A stretch of DNA of 64,000 nucleotides, taken from an uncultured Planctomycetota bacterium (GTDB lineage: Bacteria > Planctomycetota > Planctomycetia > Isosphaerales > Isosphaeraceae). Within the stretch, counting starts at the first letter, position 1; every line of letters begins with the position of its first letter. A program made the position numbers and the translations under genes. Below are positions 53,624-64,000 of this stretch, one piece after another. The stretch is from the NCBI GenBank assembly GCA_963823665.1, contig CAWGMQ010000010.1:1216001-1280000 (forward strand), written 5' to 3'. The notes beneath the pieces are model-generated. The model saw only the letters and a program-made list of their open reading frames with translations. It was not told the DNA's origin and did not search any database.

Positions 53624-55204
53624 ATGCTAGCGCGAAAACGTACCAGGTCCCGACCGCGACCATCGAACGCCTCGCCGCTTCTTGAATCGCTCGAAAACCT
53701 CCAGCTTCTCTCCACCGTGTCGACCACGGTCTTGATGAACCCCGCCGGTAGTCACATGATCGGCCAGGTCGGGACCGGGGGCGTTCTGGTCATCGAAGGC
53801 CAGACCATGCCCGATGCCGCAGTTCGCATGCACATCGGCCACCGCACGATGCTGGGCCGTTCGAATTCCAACGGCGATTATCAGTTCAGCCTGCCCGAGC
53901 GCGCCGGGATCTACCGGGTCAAGATCAGCGCTCACGGCGCTGCCGGCCAGGTATCGAAGGCCGCGATGAGCGTGACCGAAGGCGACGCGGTCGTCGCCTG
54001 GACCGACACGATGATCCAGGTCATCAAGGCCGACATCGCCAACGTGGGCCTCGCTTCGCGGACCATGGCGATGGTCTCAGGAGCCGTTTACGACGCCGTC
54101 AACGACATCGAGCGGACGGGATCGGTCTATCAATTCAATGTTCAAGCACCGCAGGGAGCGTCCCCGACTGCCGCGGCGTCCGAGGCCGCTTATACCGTGC
54201 TCAGTGCGCTCGACCCGGACATGCAGCCGCTGCTCGATGCCAGGTTGGCTCAATCGCTGGCCGCCGAGCCTTCGGCGAGCGCCGCTGCTCTGGGAGTGCA
54301 GGTTGGCAGCGAGGTCGCCCAGGACATGCTTGCCTGGCGAGCCAACGACGGGTCGGCTGCGACCGTCCCCTACGTTCCCGGCACGGCTCCCGGAGATTGG
54401 CGGCCCACGCCGCCCACTTATCAGGTCGCCTGGGGCCCCGAGTGGGGCCAGGTCGAGTCCTTCGCGATCACCAAGCCCGCGTCCGCCTTCGTTGCGCCGC
54501 CCCCGCCCGCGCTCAATAGTCCCGAGTATGCCCGCGCGTTCAACCAGGTGAAGTCGCTCGGAGCCTTGCACAGCACGACTCGTACCCCCGAGGAGACACA
54601 GACCGGGATCTTCTGGTCCTACGACACGCCGGCAATGGGAACGCCCGTGGTTCACTACGAAGAGATCGCCGTCTCCATCGCCCTGCAGGAGCACAACTCG
54701 TTCACCCAGAACGCCCGGTTGTTCGGGCTGGTCAACCTCGGCATGGCCGACGCCGGCATCGCGGCCTGGGACACCAAGTACACCTATAACCGGTGGCGCC
54801 CGGTCACCGCGATCCAGCTCGCCAATACCGATGGCAATCCCAGCACAATCGCCGACCCCACCTGGATGCCCCTCGGCTCCCCGGGTAATCCGGGCCAGCC
54901 CAGCTTCACACCCCCATTCCCAAGTTATGTCTCCGGACACGCCACCTTCGGCGCCACTCTCTTCACCCTCCTCACTGATTTCTACGGCACGAATGACGTC
55001 AACTTCACGATCACTTCCGACCTCTTGCCCGGAGTTACCCGATCCTTCACCAGCTTTTCCCAAGCTTCCTACCAGAATGCGATGAGCAGGATCTATCTCG
55101 GCATCCACTTCTGGTTCGACGAGACCGCCGGCATGACGATGGGCCAGCAGATCGCCCAGAATGTCTTCACCAACGTCCTGACCACGACAAAAACCTCTAG
55201 CTAA
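53624..55204 (+). CDS. Vanadium-dependent haloperoxidase/PAP2-superfamily protein with LEPR-xLL-like leader
   Basis: KYTYNRWRP, PPFPSYVSGH, SRIYLGIHF; N-terminal LESLENLQLLS. Confidence 0.88.
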   Translation: MLARKRTRSRPRPSNASPLLESLENLQLLSTVSTTVLMNPAGSHMIGQVGTGGVLVIEGQTMPDAAVRMHIGHRTMLGRSNSNGDYQFSLPERAGIYRVKISAHGAAGQVSKAAMSVTEGDAVVAWTDTMIQVIKADIANVGLASRTMAMVSGAVYDAVNDIERTGSVYQFNVQAPQGASPTAAASEAAYTVLSALDPDMQPLLDARLAQSLAAEPSASAAALGVQVGSEVAQDMLAWRANDGSAATVPYVPGTAPGDWRPTPPTYQVAWGPEWGQVESFAITKPASAFVAPPPPALNSPEYARAFNQVKSLGALHSTTRTPEETQTGIFWSYDTPAMGTPVVHYEEIAVSIALQEHNSFTQNARLFGLVNLGMADAGIAAWDTKYTYNRWRPVTAIQLANTDGNPSTIADPTWMPLGSPGNPGQPSFTPPFPSYVSGHATFGATLFTLLTDFYGTNDVNFTITSDLLPGVTRSFTSFSQASYQNAMSRIYLGIHFWFDETAGMTMGQQIAQNVFTNVLTTTKTSS

Positions 55205-56608
55205 GCACCCCTTTGACCACCTTCCCCGCCACATCCGTCAAGCGGTAATCCCGCCCGCTATGGCGAAAAGTCAGCCGTTCGTGGTCCAGCCCCATCAGAT
55301 GCAGGATCGTGGCATGAAAGTCATGCACATGTACGGGATCCTTCGCGACGTTGATCCCATACTCGTCTGATTCGCCAAAGACCATCCCCGGCTTCACCCC
55401 CGCCCCCGCCAGCCAGGAGGAAAACACCCAGTGATGGTGCTCCCGCGCCCGCGCGCCCTTATCCGCATTGAACGGTGTGCGGCCGAACTCGGTCGTCCAC
55501 ACGACCAGCGTATCCTCGAGCATGCCGCGCTGCTTCAAGTCCGTGAGCAACCCCGCAATGGCCCGGTCGACGTTCTTCGCCAGCGGATTGTGTGTCAGCA
55601 TGTCGCCGTGTGCGTCCCAGTTATCCGACGACCCCGAATCAATCAGCTCCACGAACCGAACTCCACGCTCCGCCAGCCGGCGGGCCACCAGGCATTGCCA
55701 CGCGAATCCCGCCGGGCCCCCGCGTTCGAGACCATACATCTTGAGCGTCGCATCGGTCTCCTTTGACATATCGAACACCTCGGGCATCTCCGCCTGCATC
55801 CCGAAGGCTGTCTCGAAAGACTTCATCCGCGCGGTCAGAAACCCGTCGCCAGCCCGCTGCGCGAGATGCCGCCGGTTGAGATCCGACAGGGCCGAGAGCT
55901 CCAGCTCCTGCAACCGCTTGCTGGCGACCCGCCTTCGAATGTTCGCCACCGGCTCCGGGCCCGGAACCACCAGCGTGCCTTGATGCGCGCCCGGCAAGAA
56001 GTCGCTCCCCCACACTTGCCCTCCCGCGTAGGGTGACTTGGGCGCAATCACCACAAACGACGGCAAGTTGCGATTCACTGTGCCCAGCCCATAGCTGACC
56101 CATGATCCAATGCTCGGTCGTGCAAACGTGAATGACCCGGTGTGAATTCCCAGTGTCGCCTCGTAATGGTTCGTGTGGTCCGATTTCATCGAGCGGATGA
56201 CACAGAGTTCGTCGACGCATCGGGCCATCGCCGGAAACAGCGAGCTCACCTCCGTGCCGCTCTCGCCGTGCTTGGCGAAGCTCCACTGCGGCCGCTTGAG
56301 GAACATGTTGAAGGCCCCCTTGCGGCCCTGAAACTCGTCGACTCCCACTGTCTTGTCCGCGTCGGCAAACAGCTTCGGCTTCGGGTCCCACGAATCCACA
56401 TGCGATACGCCGCCGCTCATATAAAGAAAAATGACGCGATTCGCCTTGGCGGGATAGTGCGGCGGCTTGGGTGCAAGCCCATCCAGATCGGCTGACTCCC
56501 CTCTTCCGCAAGCAGCTCCGACACGAGCCCCGGCAAGAGCATCGAGCCGCCAACCATCGACCGCAGCATCCCGCGGCGAGACAGATCAAATTTAGCATGG
56601 CGTGTCAT
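55197..56608 (-). CDS. DUF1501 family protein; frameshift near 56480
   Basis: SRRGML leader, GGVSHVDSWDPKP, WDAH, TEFGRTP, REHH. Confidence 0.9.
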
Positions 56609-56616
56609 GGGCTCGC

Positions 56617-60477
<3,861 letters not shown>

Positions 60478-60643
60478 ATTCCTTGCGCCAATTTAGAGTG
60501 CGTCTGCTACATCTTGATGCGCACGGCGCGATCTGGGAAGGTCTGAATCCCGCGAAGGGGATCATTGCATCCCGGCTCAGGTGGGCGATAATCAGTGCAG
60601 AGTCCCGATCGTGTTCGCAGCCTCTCTGTCGTCGAGGTCATCC

Positions 60644-62629
60644 ATGAAGAGAAATCTGCGCGCCGCCGCCGCCGTCCTGGCTTTCGAATTACTCGCGCTC
60701 CAGAGCCTTGCCGACGATGTTGGCAAGCAGGCGGAGGTGCGCAAGACGCAATCGACTCCTGCGGAAACCAGGCCGCTCGGAAAGAATGGGGCTCCGCCGG
60801 CCTCGGCCCAGACGCTCAAGGAATCCCTCCAGAAAGCGCTCAAGGAGATTCAGGCGATGTCGGAGGAGGCCGCCAAGATGGAGCGCGAGATTCGCATGCC
60901 TTCGGTAAACATGTTCGCGATGAGATTGGAAAAGGACCTGGAGGCAGACGTGGTCCGAGCAATCGGCCGCGCCCAGGCGAAAACCGGCAGCATCGAGGAT
61001 GCACGCGCCACATGGCAAAGCGCCCTCGACACTGCCGCCGCGATTTCCTCACTTGACGCAGCCGAGGAGCGCGCCAATATCTACATCGAAGTCGCCCGAT
61101 CGCAGAACGAAGCCGGCGAGCAGAACGAAGCTCGCTTCACCCTGCGCCAGGCCATTCAATCGGCACGGGCCGTCAAGCGCGACTCCATGTTCTCCTTGGA
61201 GCTTCCACCTGGAATGGAAGACAGAGCAGACCCGGTGGCCAAGAAGACCACTCTGCTCAGGCGGATCGCCCAGCTCCAGGCCGAGATCGGCGAGAAGGCG
61301 GGCTCCGACGAAAACTTTCGCCTGGCGGTCGAATCCGCCGAGAGCATCAAGGATCCGCTGAGGAAGGTCACTCACCTCCTGGAAGTTGCCGAGAGCCGTT
61401 CTGGCGAGCCGGCGGCTCTCGTCTGGACCAAAGCCCTCGAGTTCGCTCTCTCGCTCAAGGACGAATTCCCCCGTTCAAGGGCCGTCGAATCGGTCATCCG
61501 GGGCCGCCTCAAGTCGCTGCCGCCTGACGGAACGCTGACGATCATCGCCGACCGCTTGAAGGGAGACTTTCAACATTACGTGCTCTGGGTCGTAGCCGAT
61601 TTCATCGCATCAAGCGACAAGCCGTTTGCTCCGAATACCGTCGCGCAGCTCGGCCAGCTCGCCTTGAAGGCGGAGTTCGATCGCACGTCCAAGAAGATCA
61701 AGGTGTTTCAGCGCATCGCGGAGGCGCAGGCGCGGCTTGGCGATTACGACGGCGCCTACCGGACCGCCGGCGAGCCCCACCCGGTCAATGACGTGCAAAA
61801 CTTCCGGGCGACCCAGGCGCGCGTTCACGTGATGAAGGCGATCGCCGATTCCCAGCTCAAGGCCAAGCAGCTCGCGGCGGCCAAGGACACCGTCCTCATG
61901 GCGATCGAGCTCATCGCTCCGCTGCCGGACGAAGATGCCGAAGCGTATTATCCCCTGGCAGAGCTCTGCGTGCTGGAAGCCAAGGCCGGCGACCTCTCCG
62001 GCGCCCTTCGCAACGTCTCCGCCGTCAGCTCGAGTGCGTGGAAGGTCTCGATCCTCACCGAAATCGCCGCCAATCACGCCCAGGCCGGCCGCGCCGATGA
62101 GGCGAAAAAAACGTTGCGACTCGCGGTCGACGCCTCTCGCGGCGCGCCCAATGACGCGCTATGGGTATCCGCGTCCCACTTGGGCGATGCCATGTTCGAT
62201 CCTTCGCTTCCCATCCTGCAAACTCTCGCTCATGCCCACGCCCGAATCGGCGATCTTGAGGCGGCGCTCAAGACGGTTTCAGAAATGGGCCAGTCCGGGT
62301 TCGGACGGTTCTCGCGCGGTCAGGCCATCGATCAGATTGTGGCGACTCAGCTCGAGAAGGGCGACGTCGCCGGTGCCCGCCGCGCCGCCGATTTGATCGC
62401 AGATGCAGATTCATACCTGGGATCAAAGGCAAACCTTCTCGAGAAGATCGCCCAGCGACAAGCTGCAAACGGCGATGCCGCCGGCGTGCTCGCCTGGGCC
62501 GTCCGCGAGCGCCTGCCCAAAGCCAAGCTTCAATCCCTCCGCGGTATGGCCGACGGCGTTGCGGAGGCCGCCTCAGGCGCAAACCCAAAACCACCCGCTG
62601 CCGCTGGGGCACCAAAGCCGGCCGGTTGA
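60644..62629 (+). CDS. Secreted helical-repeat (TPR-like) protein
   Basis: Signal peptide; repeated IA.AQA..GD...A units. Confidence 0.8.
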   Translation: MKRNLRAAAAVLAFELLALQSLADDVGKQAEVRKTQSTPAETRPLGKNGAPPASAQTLKESLQKALKEIQAMSEEAAKMEREIRMPSVNMFAMRLEKDLEADVVRAIGRAQAKTGSIEDARATWQSALDTAAAISSLDAAEERANIYIEVARSQNEAGEQNEARFTLRQAIQSARAVKRDSMFSLELPPGMEDRADPVAKKTTLLRRIAQLQAEIGEKAGSDENFRLAVESAESIKDPLRKVTHLLEVAESRSGEPAALVWTKALEFALSLKDEFPRSRAVESVIRGRLKSLPPDGTLTIIADRLKGDFQHYVLWVVADFIASSDKPFAPNTVAQLGQLALKAEFDRTSKKIKVFQRIAEAQARLGDYDGAYRTAGEPHPVNDVQNFRATQARVHVMKAIADSQLKAKQLAAAKDTVLMAIELIAPLPDEDAEAYYPLAELCVLEAKAGDLSGALRNVSAVSSSAWKVSILTEIAANHAQAGRADEAKKTLRLAVDASRGAPNDALWVSASHLGDAMFDPSLPILQTLAHAHARIGDLEAALKTVSEMGQSGFGRFSRGQAIDQIVATQLEKGDVAGARRAADLIADADSYLGSKANLLEKIAQRQAANGDAAGVLAWAVRERLPKAKLQSLRGMADGVAEAASGANPKPPAAAGAPKPAG

Positions 62630-62839
62630 AAGGGCTTCGGGCCTTCAGGGGCTTTCGGCCGCCCGGCATTCGATCGGCTGGAGCCAATGCATCGCGTCGC
62701 CAATCCACCCAAACTAAACATACAAACACTGCCTCGTTGACTTTCGCCGCGCCTGATTTAGAATGCGAACGTCTTTTTTGTTGTCGCGGTCGCTGCTTGC
62801 GCGCGATCCTGCCGCTTCCCTCGAACCGCCAATTTGCCC

Positions 62840-63559
62840 ATGCGCCTGCTTACCGCCATTCCCGTTTACAACGAAGCCGCGAGCCTCGTGAGCGTGCTCA
62901 CGGAAGTGAAGAAATACGCTTCCGACGTGCTCGTGGTCGATGACGGCTCGACGGATCGAACGCCCGAGCTCTTGCGCGGGCTTTCCGGCGTCCGCACGAT
63001 CCGCCACACGCACAACCTGGGGTATGGCGCAGGCTTGCGCACGGCGTTCGAAGCCACGCTCTCGGGGGGGTATGACGGCGTTGTCACGCTCGACTGCGAC
63101 GGCCAGCATGAGCCCGCACGCATCCCCGAGCTGGCCGCTCATCTGGCTGAAGCCGATATCGTCTCCGGCAGCCGCTATCTCAAGGTGTTTGATCCCGCAC
63201 AGCGGCCCCCGGAAGAACGGCGGCGAATCAATCAGGAAGTCACGAGGTGGCTCAACGAGTGCCTTGGCATGAGCCTGACAGACGCATTCTGCGGCTTCAA
63301 AGCCTATCGTAGCACCGCGCTCGCGCAATTCGACATCACCGACAACGGCTATGCCATGCCCTTGCAGGTGTGGGTGCAGGCCGTTGCCTGCGGCATGAAG
63401 ATCATCGAGGTGCCGGTCGAGCTGATCTACCTGGACGAGTCGAGGGCCTTCGGCGGGTCGCTCGACGATGCAGCCTTCCGTTTGCAGCACTATCGGCGCG
63501 TATTCGAAAACGCGCTCAACCGCGCCGGGCTGCTGGCTCCGGCTGGATGTATTGGATGA
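62840..63559 (+). CDS. Glycosyltransferase family 2 (polyprenol-P-sugar synthase-like)
   Basis: IPVYNE, VDDGSTD, NLGYGAGL, DCDGQH, GSRY, DAFCGFKAY. Confidence 0.92.
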   Translation: MRLLTAIPVYNEAASLVSVLTEVKKYASDVLVVDDGSTDRTPELLRGLSGVRTIRHTHNLGYGAGLRTAFEATLSGGYDGVVTLDCDGQHEPARIPELAAHLAEADIVSGSRYLKVFDPAQRPPEERRRINQEVTRWLNECLGMSLTDAFCGFKAYRSTALAQFDITDNGYAMPLQVWVQAVACGMKIIEVPVELIYLDESRAFGGSLDDAAFRLQHYRRVFENALNRAGLLAPAGCIG

Positions 63560-64000
63560 GCCCGCGGCAATTGCGGGCTCCCGCGATCGACGGCGGCCTG
63601 CTGGTGGACCCGCCCCCCGATCGTCTGCCGGCCGTCCTGGCCGATAACCTCGCACGCCTGGCAACCTGGAATCACGATTTCCAGGGTCGAACCGCCCTGC
63701 GCCTCCGCGATCAGGTGCGCCGCGAAGTGCTTGCTCTTGCCCACAGGTATCTCGAGCAGCATGGTCTCGCCCGCCCTGAAATCTCGTCCGCCGCCTCCGG
63801 CGAGCACGCCGGCCCTCTTGTGGTCACTGGGCACCAGCCCGAATTGTTTCACCCCGGCGTCTGGATCAAGAACTTCGCCGCCGGAGGAATCGCCGCGCAG
63901 CATCACGGCCTCGCGCTCAACCTCATCGTCGATAACGACCTTCCCAAATCGGCGTCCATTCGCGTTCCGGAAGTCGAAAACGGTCTGGTTGGGACGACCC
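63556..64000 (+). CDS. BshC-like protein, runs off the window end
   Basis: Translated by hand from ATG 63556 (ATGA overlap with the GT2 stop): ...VVTGHQPELFHPGVWIKN...NLIVDND; open to the end. Confidence 0.6.
   Translation, partial: MSPRQLRAPAIDGGLLVDPPPDRLPAVLADNLARLATWNHDFQGRTALRLRDQVRREVLALAHRYLEQHGLARPEISSAASGEHAGPLVVTGHQPELFHPGVWIKNFAAGGIAAQHHGLALNLIVDNDLPKSASIRVPEVENGLVGTT

Overview
GC-rich bacterial chromosomal DNA, almost certainly from a planctomycete and probably Isosphaeraceae/Singulisphaera-like. The evidence is three PSCyt/PSD1 + DUF1501 gene pairs, DUF1570, two DUF4058 genes, an LEPR-xLL-type leader and planctomycete-style REP-like repeats. About 35 protein genes can be supported. 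Roughly half are split by single-base frameshifts, several in or beside short homopolymers, which is best explained by long-read consensus error rather than true pseudogenisation. I saw no rRNA, tRNA, CRISPR array, integrase or transposase. Four observations stand out. (i) A ~130-bp DNA module (GCCGAACGAASCCAAT, exactly 70 nt, GGGASTTGAC, then AACGAASCCAAT) occurs three times; one copy lies in the tail of an uncharacterised 'MASDAQINANRRNA...STGP...KHG' gene, which suggests a protein plus cis-site element. (ii) An AT-richer, tightly coupled three-gene cassette (TIGR04255-like, unknown, divergent PIN-like) is a candidate toxin-antitoxin or anti-phage system. (iii) An ECF-sigma / Ser-Thr-kinase deletion scar lies between two tandem paralogues. 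(iv) A disulfide-oxidoreductase homologue has lost three catalytic motifs. All family assignments are by motif recognition; no database search was run.
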